Source: a virus
Reading direction: 5' to 3' (one strand)
Virus record (IMG/VR): IMGVR_UViG_3300045988_158809
Length of the DNA stretch: 64,000 bases
The notes under the pieces were generated by a model, which had not been told where the DNA came from, did not search any database, and was given only the letters and a program-made list of their open reading frames with translations. Made by a program: the position numbers and the translations under genes. This document shows positions 50,627 to 60,200 of this stretch, one piece after another; the stretch's first letter is position 1, and the number at the start of each line of letters is the position of its first letter.

Positions 50627-51147
50627 TAAAATTTACAGAAAAAGAGATTTACAGTACAGAAGGCCTGTACATAAATCGTATCGGAACAAACATCTATTTC
50701 AAGCGTGCCAACCGCCTTCCTTCCGACATGGAGGAAATGTTCAAAGAAGTAAGCGATCTGCCCACCGACGAACTGGGAGCCGCAAAAGCCGCGAAGATAT
50801 TCGAGATAGACAGCTACGACACTAGCGACGCGGTAAACAGCTTCACTCTCGACGGCGAATCCGTTTGGCTCGACAAGAACACCCGCGTAGGACTGATGAA
50901 CTCCACCCGGATACAGAAGGCAGCCTCCATGATCACCACCAAACTCTGGTTCGGAGGTAAAAGCTACACCCTCGAATGCGACACAGCCATACAGATGCTC
51001 TCTGCCCTTGAACTGTACGCCCTGCAGTGTTACAACGTAACGGCACAACACAAGGCAAATGTGGAAGCCCTGCAAAGCGTGGAAGAAGTGGAAGCCTACG
51101 ACCACACAACAGGATATCCTGAAAAACTTAATCTGAACACAAAATGA
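50623..51147 (+). CDS. DUF4376-domain protein (fibre-associated / assembly-type)
   Basis: ATG at 50623 (ATGA overlap). The pattern IDSYDTSDAVNSFTLDGESVWLDKNTRVGL...MLSALELYALQCYNVTAQHKANVEAL.SVEEVEAYDHTTGYPEKL is DUF4376-like. Confidence 0.6.
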   Translation: MIKFTEKEIYSTEGLYINRIGTNIYFKRANRLPSDMEEMFKEVSDLPTDELGAAKAAKIFEIDSYDTSDAVNSFTLDGESVWLDKNTRVGLMNSTRIQKAASMITTKLWFGGKSYTLECDTAIQMLSALELYALQCYNVTAQHKANVEALQSVEEVEAYDHTTGYPEKLNLNTK

Positions 51148-51659
51148 TACTCATAATCTTATCAATGGGCGTCATCCTCACATACGTGGGGGTGATGGTT
51201 TACAAAACAAAGGAGATACCTTACTCCATTAGCGACACATACTATTCGTTGAAACATAAGCTGTGGTTCGGCTTTACCATGGCCGCAACCGCCCTCCTCC
51301 TCATGCCCGCCATCCTCTCTGCTACCCCCGAAAATTATCAGTTCACCGCATTTTTGATGTGCGGAGCGTTGCTGTTCGTGGGTGCGGCACCCAATTTCAA
51401 AGCCGGGATGGACCGGTCTGTACACATCGTCGCTACCACGATAGCTGCGCTCAACAGTCAGATATGGACAGCACTTACCTGCCCGTGGATGCTGCTTGTA
51501 TGGATTGCGTGGGCATTATATATCGGTATACGCTTGAAACAAGTCTGGAATGGGGATTTATGGTACAGCTTCGTGCTATGCAAGCCGCTGTTCTGGGCGG
51601 AGGTGATAGCGTTCGGGATGGTTTATGGAACATTGTTTATAGCGGGAAATATATACTGA
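51144..51659 (+). CDS. polytopic membrane protein (about 5 TM helices)
   Basis: Hydrophobic throughout. ATGA overlap with the previous gene. Confidence 0.6.
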   Translation: MILIILSMGVILTYVGVMVYKTKEIPYSISDTYYSLKHKLWFGFTMAATALLLMPAILSATPENYQFTAFLMCGALLFVGAAPNFKAGMDRSVHIVATTIAALNSQIWTALTCPWMLLVWIAWALYIGIRLKQVWNGDLWYSFVLCKPLFWAEVIAFGMVYGTLFIAGNIY

Positions 51660-51677
51660 ATATTTATTTTTATAATT

Positions 51678-51848
51678 ATGAAAAAGAAACTTATCATTTT
51701 AGCAATCGCTATTGTTGTTATTGTAGGATTGCTTGCTTATTACCAGTACGTGCCTTTCTGGGCGAGTATTGTAAGTACAGGAGCATTTATCGCCGGCATG
51801 GTAGTCGGTTGGATGGCCAAAGTCTGGTCAGAGAAACACATCGTTTGA
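51678..51848 (+). CDS. small two-TM membrane protein (56 aa; holin-like size and topology)
   Basis: MKKKLIILAIAIVVIVGLLAYY...GAFIAGMVVGWMAKVW. Below the track threshold. It is followed by a strong terminator. Confidence 0.45.
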   Translation: MKKKLIILAIAIVVIVGLLAYYQYVPFWASIVSTGAFIAGMVVGWMAKVWSEKHIV

Positions 51849-51874
51849 CAGGATGATGTTTCATTTTAAGTTGA

Positions 51875-51908
51875 AGAGGAAAAGTTTTTGCTTTTCCTCT
51901 TTTTTTTT
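51875..51908 (+). terminator. Intrinsic terminator
   Basis: AGAGGAAAAG / CTTTTCCTCT perfect 10-bp stem followed by T8. Confidence 0.85.
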
Positions 51909-52009
51909 GTAGAGCTAACTATTAGTTTATACTCATTATTAGTGAGATTTGATTTTTAGATAGATTATTTTTTTATTTTTGCTCATGTAATCAATTTAAA
52001 ATTATTATT

Positions 52010-52408
52010 ATGAAAGCAATGTGTTTTTTCAGAGTGGCAATAATTTTGCTTCTCTTATCTCTGTCGTCCTGCAAGAAGGAGACTGATATTTACTTATCTA
52101 TTGAAGATTTGGTTGGAACATGGAAGACAGATTATTTTGATAAGTCACCATTTTATGGCCCCATGGCAATAACATTCAGAGACGACTATACTTTAACTAT
52201 TCATTACAAAAAGACTTTAGACGATGGGCCTATGTCTAATGTTTATGTTTTGAGTATGTTTGATATTGATGGTAACAAAATTAATTATTACGGTTCTGAT
52301 GGAAATACATCCACTCTTTTGATAAAATCGTTTTCATGGAATACAATGAAATTCAGAATGTCTGATCACGAGATTAATTTAACTCTTGAAGCAGAAAAGA
52401 TAGAATGA
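52010..52408 (+). CDS. lipoprotein, lipocalin-like (paralog of 47454..47852)
   Basis: Lipobox LSLSSC. Has its own TAttTTTG box (51974-51981) and the same 16-nt leader GTAATCAATTTAAAAT as its paralog. Confidence 0.7.
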   Translation: MKAMCFFRVAIILLLLSLSSCKKETDIYLSIEDLVGTWKTDYFDKSPFYGPMAITFRDDYTLTIHYKKTLDDGPMSNVYVLSMFDIDGNKINYYGSDGNTSTLLIKSFSWNTMKFRMSDHEINLTLEAEKIE

Positions 52409-52560
52409 TTTCTTGAAAAATTATCGTTAAATTATTTTGTTTAATTCCAGGAAAGAACTTCCTTTGCGTTAAATAAAAACCCGAATTTTAAATAATAAAC
52501 AAAAGTTTACATGAAGCGGAAAGCCTAAAAATGAGGTTTTCCGCTTTATTATTGAAACAG

Positions 52561-52890
52561 TTAAATATTTTCCTTGAATTTCCTGTAAAGGCAGTATGTT
52601 GAAACAACAAACCAAACAAAAGCCGGGAAAGCGATAAGCGGATGCGAATCAACCATACAGACACCGGAAACTGAAGCCATTGCGTTTATGCCTGTTTTTG
52701 ACAACATTATCCGTACCTCATGCTTCTCCAATTCGCACCACTCCAACATGTATTTGAGAAGTTTTCTTTTCATTCGTGTGCGGATTGGTGTTATGGTTTC
52801 CGTCTGAGCATTTTTAGGAACTGTTCCCACTCTTTCTACAGGTTGAATGTTGTTTAGTATTATAAGTGTATCGTTCTTTGCCATAGTCAA
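52561..52890 (-). CDS. membrane protein (C-terminal TM pair)
   Basis: ORF on the track. Contains INAMASVSGVCMV and LIAFPAFVWFVVSTYCLY. Confidence 0.5.
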   Translation of the reverse strand: MTMAKNDTLIILNNIQPVERVGTVPKNAQTETITPIRTRMKRKLLKYMLEWCELEKHEVRIMLSKTGINAMASVSGVCMVDSHPLIAFPAFVWFVVSTYCLYRKFKENI

Positions 52891-54044
52891 AGTTCTTTTG
52901 AAATTTTCATCATGTTTTCCATTATCTCTTCCAGAGTGTTGCTTGGAGCAACTTTATTTATTTCGTAAAGCTTGATTATTGAGTCAAGCAGGACAACCTT
53001 CTGCTCATTTGTTTTTGCTTGTGACCTTTGTAGAGCCGTTTGCTTGACGGATTTCGTTTTAGGTACAATGCTGTAGTCACTGCTGAACACTTTTTCAAAG
53101 ATTTCCCTGTACAATTGAACCGGTTCAACCATTATTCTTTCAAAGGTTTTGATACTCATGTAGTATTTGCCTAAAGCATCCTTATGAGTTCTTTCGCTTC
53201 CCTTCTGAGTGTAATCTTTGTCATAAACAAAGATATTCGGCTGTCCGTTACGTCCAAGCAGCTTATCCATGACACGGCGCTTTGCGCTAAACCTCATACC
53301 CCAAACTTCATCTACCGGAACAGGAAATTTGTTGTTGTCGGCACATTTCATCTTTATTTCAAGAAAATACGCTTCAATCTCTTCGCGTGTGGATTCGGCA
53401 GTGAGGCGAAGCATTTCTTTTGATGTGGGCTTGTGTACAATGGCTTTCTGAGGTTTTTCGGCTACTTTGTGGAACACTTGGCGGTACACCTCAAACACGG
53501 CTCTGATTTTTCGGGCGATGAAGAATTCAAGGCATGAAACGGAGAGGTAGTATTTTTCTATCGGACGGCCTTTTCTTGATTTTTCCGCATTTCTGCGTAA
53601 AAATTGATTATCAGCACCTTGCGGTTGCGTTTCCGTAATATTCGCATCTTCTCCGAATACATCTTTTGTCCATTCTTTGTCCGAAGTGTTTGATTTTTTG
53701 ATATTTTGGTCAAAAAATTGATATTCAGTTACTTGTGTATTTTTAATTCCGTTTTTAAAGCCTGTGTTTTTAGGCTGGAATGAATCTCGCTTGCCATTTT
53801 GGTCAAGCGAGTTTGATTTTGGTTTTTCGCTCTTTGTAATAAAATCTATGCTCTCAATAAAGTTGTTTTTTAAAGCCTTTACAGCCACACCTTTTTCAGC
53901 ATACGCCAACATCCAAACATCATCAAGTTCCACCGGAAACTCTTTGTTCTCTCTCGTCAGTTTTAGGATTCCCTGAAAGTAACTCTTAATAGTTGCTTCG
54001 GGACAGTCCTTTGTCAGTTTCAAAATTTCTGTTGCCATTTTCAC
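52887..54044 (-). CDS. two-repeat protein, weakly AntA/AntB (antirepressor)-like
   Basis: Two similar segments: NKEFPVELDDVWMLAYAEKG and NNKFPVPVDEVWGMRFSAKR. The functional call is tentative. Confidence 0.4.
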   Translation of the reverse strand: MKMATEILKLTKDCPEATIKSYFQGILKLTRENKEFPVELDDVWMLAYAEKGVAVKALKNNFIESIDFITKSEKPKSNSLDQNGKRDSFQPKNTGFKNGIKNTQVTEYQFFDQNIKKSNTSDKEWTKDVFGEDANITETQPQGADNQFLRRNAEKSRKGRPIEKYYLSVSCLEFFIARKIRAVFEVYRQVFHKVAEKPQKAIVHKPTSKEMLRLTAESTREEIEAYFLEIKMKCADNNKFPVPVDEVWGMRFSAKRRVMDKLLGRNGQPNIFVYDKDYTQKGSERTHKDALGKYYMSIKTFERIMVEPVQLYREIFEKVFSSDYSIVPKTKSVKQTALQRSQAKTNEQKVVLLDSIIKLYEINKVAPSNTLEEIMENMMKISKEL

Positions 54045-54295
54045 TCAATTTTTAAGTTTATATTCTGTTTAATTTGATTGTTGTCTTTCTGAAACATAGC
54101 AAGTAGACCAATAAATGATTCAAAGAAATATTTGTTTACCTCTATATTTCCGGTTGCATTGCTGATTGTTACTGTATTACCGCTTTCGCAAATTGAAACG
54201 CTTTCGGTCGTTCCTATTTCCGTGTCAATGATATAGTTTATTTCCTTTGTAATTTTCTTTGTTCCCATGATTCCTGATGCTTTTTTGTTATACAT
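54041..54295 (-). CDS. hypothetical protein (84 aa)
   Basis: ORF on the track, overlapping its neighbours in operon style. Confidence 0.45.
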   Translation of the reverse strand: MYNKKASGIMGTKKITKEINYIIDTEIGTTESVSICESGNTVTISNATGNIEVNKYFFESFIGLLAMFQKDNNQIKQNINLKIE

Positions 54296-54515
54296 AATTC
54301 TTAACGTAGTTCATTGCCCTGTAGTGTTGTCCGTACATCTGAACATCCGGTCTGTAAGGCTCAAACACGAACTCTTTCACTCCATCAGGATGCACAGCCA
54401 TTGCCTCTGCTCCGTCTTTATGGTACACTATCTTCACCACTGCCGCATTACTTAACTTTTCATGAATGCGCCTGCAGGCTTCCACCTGCTCTTTTCCGAT
54501 TCTGGTCTTTTCCAT
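54288..54515 (-). CDS. hypothetical protein (75 aa)
   Basis: ORF on the track. Confidence 0.45.
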   Translation of the reverse strand: MEKTRIGKEQVEACRRIHEKLSNAAVVKIVYHKDGAEAMAVHPDGVKEFVFEPYRPDVQMYGQHYRAMNYVKNYV

Positions 54516-54533
54516 AATTATATAAGTATTGGT

Positions 54534-54791
54534 TTAAAATTTTCTGTAACCATAGTCAACACGCCAGTCGTTTCTACCGAAAGTCACATTGCGGTATGCG
54601 CGCTCATTCTGTATGTCTTTTGCAGAACGAGTGAATGATACAGCTTTCCCCTCATTTGCTTCCCTTTCTTTCAAGGCTACCTTTGCGCGACGCCATGCTT
54701 CTTTCAATGCCTGGCTCATTGTGCACCATGAGTTTCTGAAAATGCGGTGAGCTGCTTTCATTATTTCTGACTTGTTGAATTTTGATTTCAT
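54534..54791 (-). CDS. hypothetical protein (85 aa)
   Basis: Taken from ORF 54534..54821. I prefer the ATG at 54791 over the TTG at 54821. Confidence 0.45.
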   Translation of the reverse strand: MKSKFNKSEIMKAAHRIFRNSWCTMSQALKEAWRRAKVALKEREANEGKAVSFTRSAKDIQNERAYRNVTFGRNDWRVDYGYRKF

Positions 54792-54959
54792 ATTTACTGC
54801 TACTTTATTATTATGGCGCAAATATATAGTAATAGTATATATAAAACAAAGCAGAAAATAAATAAATACTTTATATTAACATCTTTTATATATAGTAATA
54901 CTTTACTTTATAGATAGATGGTTTATTTTTGCAGAAACATTTATAACCTATAACTTAAT

Positions 54960-55238
54960 ATGAAATATAGAATTAAAGAAATTTGTGACGAGAAGGGAAT
55001 AAAAGTCAATTCCCTTACTGAAACGGTTGGTATTACATTACCAGCTCTTTACAATATCGTAAATGGAAAAATGTCGCCTAAAATGGAAACATTGGTAAAA
55101 ATTGCCGAAGCCCTAAATGTACCTTTGTGGCAATTATTTGCTTCACCTGAAGAAGTCAGAAAAGAAACGGAGACAGCAGGAAATTATGTTTGCCCCAAAT
55201 GTGGCGCAAAGTTAGAGATTGAGATAAAAGAAGTTTAA
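54960..55238 (+). CDS. XRE-family HTH regulator with a C-terminal zinc ribbon
   Basis: MKYRIKEICDEKGIKVNSLTETVGITLPALYNIVNG... plus CPKCGAKLE. The N-terminus parallels the XRE at 9152..9409. Confidence 0.75.
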   Translation: MKYRIKEICDEKGIKVNSLTETVGITLPALYNIVNGKMSPKMETLVKIAEALNVPLWQLFASPEEVRKETETAGNYVCPKCGAKLEIEIKEV

Positions 55239-55256
55239 TTTTAAAATTCAGTAGTT

Positions 55257-56066
55257 ATGGGGGCTTTAATAGTTGCTTTTGTTATAGCTATTTTTATTGG
55301 AACATTTATTTATGCATGGAAAGAAGAAAAGGTTGAAGGAGAGGTTTCTTCCGAAGAGTTGTTGGAGAGAATAAAATGTTCTGACATTAAAAGAATAGAT
55401 TTCAGGATAAGAGGTATTGCTTTTTTATCCGAAGAAAGCAGGCAAATGGTGTTTTCCTTGATGCCGACAGATACTTTATATTTAAGGCGAGAACCTTGGA
55501 ATCCTGTAGATTCGAATGCTGTGGCGGTTTTCAGAGGTGATGAAAAGATTGGATATGTAGAAAAACCTATAAACAAGGTTATTCTTAAATATATATCAAG
55601 TGATTTTATGTATAATTGCTGTTTTGCATATAAGGAAAGGAATGATAAGGATTATATGGAATATTATTGTTCGTTTTTTATTGAATCAAAAGGGAGCAAT
55701 GATAAATTGCCGTCAGGTGTTCTAAATCCTACAATGGATAATATTTTCACTAATCCAAAAATAGATTTTCCTTTTGGTAAAGAAAATTATGATTTTTATG
55801 CCGTTCCTGGAGAATGGATTTTCAGTGAATACCAATCTTATGGAAAGAAAAGCAAACTTGAGGTTAAAGAAGATCCTGATACAAGAGAATTATATGATGC
55901 AAATAAAGATTTAATGTCTGATTTTTTAAATAATTTATATCTTTTGAACGAGGAAACTACAACTGTAAATGACGTTATTAGAAAATATAGAGAATTATTT
56001 AAAAAAAGATATATGGAAGGTTGGATTAACAAGTATTTAGCTACTCATGATATATTTATAGATTAA
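55257..56066 (+). CDS. HIRAN-domain protein with an N-terminal TM helix
   Basis: TM helix GALIVAFVIAIFIGTFIYAW, then IRGIAFLS...LYLRREPWNPVDSNAVAVFRGDEKIGYVEK (HIRAN signature). Confidence 0.65.
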   Translation: MGALIVAFVIAIFIGTFIYAWKEEKVEGEVSSEELLERIKCSDIKRIDFRIRGIAFLSEESRQMVFSLMPTDTLYLRREPWNPVDSNAVAVFRGDEKIGYVEKPINKVILKYISSDFMYNCCFAYKERNDKDYMEYYCSFFIESKGSNDKLPSGVLNPTMDNIFTNPKIDFPFGKENYDFYAVPGEWIFSEYQSYGKKSKLEVKEDPDTRELYDANKDLMSDFLNNLYLLNEETTTVNDVIRKYRELFKKRYMEGWINKYLATHDIFID

Positions 56067-56091
56067 TTATTTAACAGTAAAAATATTAGAC

Positions 56092-56598
56092 ATGCAGAGA
56101 TTTGACAATTTACTTGAAAAGTGGGCTACAACCTTTAAGGCCATATCTCACAATCCTGAAGGAGGAGCGGCAGGAAAACGTTTTTTCAGGATAGACGGAC
56201 CGGAACATTTAAGTACAGTCCTGAACTCAATAGTAGGAGTTAAAACACCGATTGTGGGGTATATAACGCAAATAGCAGGAACGGCAATTGACAATAAGGA
56301 CGGGCTTATGGAGTATATTCACAGGGTGTTTATCTTTTCATACGCCAGAGTTCAGAACAATTACAGGGACGACCTTGTGGCTACTGAAAGCAAGGTGGAA
56401 GCTGTGGAGATTGCCGAAAAGCTTATAGCTTATTTGCGCCAGTTGAAAAAACAGGACCCTGAGTACCGTGGCCTGAGTCTTGACGATACAGCCTTGATGG
56501 CATATCCGGTGAAATTTGGCAACTGGTATCCTGTTGAAGTAACTTTCTACCAGACGCAGAATTATAACATGTGTGTTAATCCTGAAGATTATTATTAA
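56092..56598 (+). CDS. conserved phage protein 'A', copy 2
   Basis: Paralog of 27529..28074. Lies upstream of B2 and the tape measure gene. Confidence 0.65.
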   Translation: MQRFDNLLEKWATTFKAISHNPEGGAAGKRFFRIDGPEHLSTVLNSIVGVKTPIVGYITQIAGTAIDNKDGLMEYIHRVFIFSYARVQNNYRDDLVATESKVEAVEIAEKLIAYLRQLKKQDPEYRGLSLDDTALMAYPVKFGNWYPVEVTFYQTQNYNMCVNPEDYY

Positions 56599-56599
56599 A

Positions 56600-57115
56600 A
56601 TGGAAGAAGATAAAAAAATAATTCCTGTAAACAGAAAAGTTGCCTTCATTGTGTCCGATACACTGACGGCGTTAAAAGAAAATTTTGATACACAGCGTAT
56701 CTATCCGTTTGAGGTTTATCCGGGTTACAAGGAGAAAAACGAAAAGGTAAAAAAAGGATGGAAAAGTACAGGGCGTGCTTATAGATCGTTCAGAGGCGAG
56801 ATTTTAAGCTCCAAGATAGACGATGTTCATATCCGATTTACCTATATGTATTACATGAGGTTTGTCGATATGGGTGTGGGTAAAGGACGAAAAATCGGTG
56901 ATGTAAATACCCAGCTTGATGCATCCAGAAAAGTCAGGTATGTCAAGATATGGAATGCGGCAAAAGGGGAAACGCATCGTCCGGCATTGATGATGGAGTA
57001 TAAACGTCAGAGCAAAAGGCTTGAAAGCTATTGGGTTAACGCATTCGAAGATGCAGCTATGTTCACTATCATGCGAACGCTTGACGGAATGGAAATCAAT
57101 ATCGGAGAAGAGTGA
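56600..57115 (+). CDS. conserved phage protein 'B', copy 2
   Basis: The ATG at 56600 is 1 nt after the A2 stop. Paralog of 36155..36682. Confidence 0.65.
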   Translation: MEEDKKIIPVNRKVAFIVSDTLTALKENFDTQRIYPFEVYPGYKEKNEKVKKGWKSTGRAYRSFRGEILSSKIDDVHIRFTYMYYMRFVDMGVGKGRKIGDVNTQLDASRKVRYVKIWNAAKGETHRPALMMEYKRQSKRLESYWVNAFEDAAMFTIMRTLDGMEINIGEE

Positions 57116-57116
57116 G

Positions 57117-57144
57117 AAAGGAGGGCGGCGGCTCTCCTTTTTTT
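57117..57144 (+). terminator. Intrinsic terminator between B2 and the tape measure gene
   Basis: AAAGGAGGGC / GCTCTCCTTT stem (one G-U pair), GGCG loop, then a T-run. Confidence 0.75.
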
Positions 57145-57200
57145 GTCTCTAAAGCCTTTATTGTGAGGGCTAAATTTGCCATAAACAATCATTCTTATTT

Positions 57201-60200
57201 ATGGCAAAAAGCGACAGCAACAAGGTTGCACATATAGAACTTCTACTTAATGGTAATAAGGCACGAAATGTGCTTGAAGGATTACGTCGCGGTGCGGAAT
57301 CCTTGAAAAAAGAACTGGAGGAACTGAAAGCGACAGGCCTTCCTGATGATGACAAGCGTGTCAAACAGTTGACCGCTGCATTAAAAGATGCCACGAGTGC
57401 GGTAAACGCGGCAGAACGTAATTTGCTTGACCTTGACAGTATTGTGAAAAATCTTAGCAGTCAAAGTCTGAAAAAACTTGAAGCTGCCGCAAGACAGCTA
57501 AAGAAACAAATGTCGCTTACGGCTGGAGATGACCCGAAGTTAAATGAACTCATAAAGCAGTATCAGACTATCAATGAACAGATTGATAATATCACTAATC
57601 GGTGGAAAAAGCAAAACACAGAACTTAATCAGACTGAGAAGGAGTTGCTTGATATCAAGAAGATAATAGACAGTCTTGATACGCAGAGCGTTGATGTTCT
57701 GGAAAAAGCCAAAAGTCAGATAAAGAAAGAATACACGAGTGTTTCGCCAACCGATCCTAAAATGAAGGAACTGGCGGCACAGTATAAAATCATTGATGAA
57801 AGAATAAGTGATATAAACAACGGGCTAAAGCGGCAAAACACAGAACTTGACAGTTCTGAAAAAGAATTGCTGGACATTAAGAAGATTGTAGATACTCTTG
57901 ATACTCAAAGCCTGAAAATCTTGAATCAGGCAAAGACTCAAATAGAAAAAGACCTGAACGAGGCAATACCCGGTTCAGAACAAATGGCTGAATTGTCAGA
58001 GCAGTATAAGGTTATAAAAAACAGAATATCCGAAGTTTCTGATACCTGGAAAAAACAGGAAGAGGTAATTGAAGATGTAGAAGAAGAATTGCTTGATGTC
58101 AATAAGATTCTGAAAGAACTTAACAAGCAGGATTTGGCTACTCTTACCAAAGCCATGAAGCAGGTAAGGGATGAAATGGAACATACGGCTGCCAATTCTC
58201 CTAAAATGAAAGAATTGGCCAAGCTGTATCAAGCCCTTGATGACCAGGTATCGAAAATAACAGGTTCATGGAAGCGTCAGGACGGCGCTATTACGTCTGT
58301 GGTGCGCAGACTTGCCGCGTATGTGTCGGTGTATGGCGGATTTAATCTGGTTACAGACCGTTTGCGACAGATAGTTACTGGGAATCTGGAATTTTCCGAT
58401 TCCCTTGCAGATATTCAGAAAACTACCGGACTTTCTGCCGACGGTGTAGCTGAATTAAGTTACCAGATAAGCAAGATTGATACCCGTACAAGTGTTCAGG
58501 CTCTTCATGAACTTGCATACGAAGCCGGAAAGCTTGGTATAGGTAGCGAAGGTGTGGAAGGTGTGGCAGGATTCGTTCGTGCAGCAGATAAGATTTCAGT
58601 TGCTTTGGGAGAAGAACTTGGAGGTTCGGAAGCGATTAAGGAACTGATGAAAATGAATGATGTGTTAGGCCTTACACAGAAAATGGGTATTGAAAAATCC
58701 CTTATGGCCACAGGTTCTGCAATCAATCTTTTAGGACAGACTTCTACTGCTAATGCAAGTTATATAGCTGATTTCGCAAAGAGACTTTCAGGTATTGCCA
58801 CACAGGCCCATATAACAATGGATGAAATTCTGGCTTTTGGTGCGGCAGCAGACGCAACAGGTCAGGAGGTGGAAGTGGCGGCTACTGCAATGAACTTGTT
58901 TATCACACAGTTACAGACACACTATAAGACAGTTTCTCAGGCAGCCGGAGTAAATGAAGAAACAATAAAGAATCTTCTTGAAATGGGTAAGACTACCGAA
59001 GCTGTCATGATAGTTCTTAGAGGATTGTCAGAGAAAGGCGGTCTTTCACAGTTAGGGCCAATTATGAAAGATTTAGGTTCGGAAGGTGCGCGTATGTCTG
59101 GTGTGCTTGCCAACTTCGCAAGTAATCTTGATATGGTGGAACAGGCTTTAATGGTCTCAAAAAAAGGTTTTACAGAAGCTACTTCAGTAACCAACGAATA
59201 TAACATCAAGAATGAAAATGCGGCGGCCATAATGGAGAAGATGGCTAATTCATGGGAGAAGATGTTTGTCAATTCCCAGAATACCGGACTTGTGAAAGAT
59301 ATGGCCGACAATTTCTATGAGCTTTCAAAATCCTTGCAGCAAAGCAGCGTGTGGATGAACTCTATATATGCTATATTATGGGGATTACAGAAACTCATAT
59401 CCACACTCATTGCTTCCCTTCCTGTTTTGATAACGCTGTTTACTTTGAAGGGGCTTGTGGTGGGTATCGCTCGTCTTTCAGCCTTTATAAAAGAAGCCCG
59501 TGCGGCTGCTACTGCAATGACCGTGCTTAATTCAGCCATGAAAAGCAATGTCATAATTTCTGTTATCAGTCTTGTGGCCGGTCTTGCATTCAGTCTTGTA
59601 AATCTAAAACGTGAACTATCCGATGTAGAAAAATCTGCAAACGACCTTAGTGACAGCTTTCGCAAATTCAGTAAGGACAGTAACGCCGCAGGAATAGAAG
59701 CAAATACCCTTTTTGGACGATTGAAAAACCTGAAAGCAGGTACTGATGAACGTCGTGATTTGCTCATTAAGATTAATGAACTATATGGAAAATACATTCC
59801 CCATCTGCTTTCCGAAAAATCCACTCTTGAAGAAATTAAGGAAGCCCAGGATGCGGTAAACGCTTCGCTGGCACAATCCATAGCCTACCGTTCAAAGGAG
59901 TCGGCCATACAGCGAGTTGGTGAACAATATACAAGCAAGCTGGCCGACCAGATTAGTGATTTGCAGAATGTGTATAGTGCGGCTGGAGTAGGGAACTTAG
60001 GAGATATTGATGCACAGAAGTTAGCAGAACTTACGGCAAAGTATTATGATGCAGGGCTGAAATGGCGCTCGGCGCAAAAACAGATCTGGCAGGACATGTA
60101 CGGGCAGAAAGGTATGTCACACAGTCTGGTTACTGAGAACAGTGTGTTTATCAATCGAATGGATGAAGCGCAGCGTGCTGTAAATAATTATGTGGCCCAT

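Noticed and set aside
51263-51856. 197-aa alternative-frame ORF overlapping the polytopic membrane protein gene.
   Set aside because: It is Arg/Cys/His-rich and out of frame. The 51144..51659 frame gives coherent TM helices, and the small 51678..51848 ORF explains the remainder.
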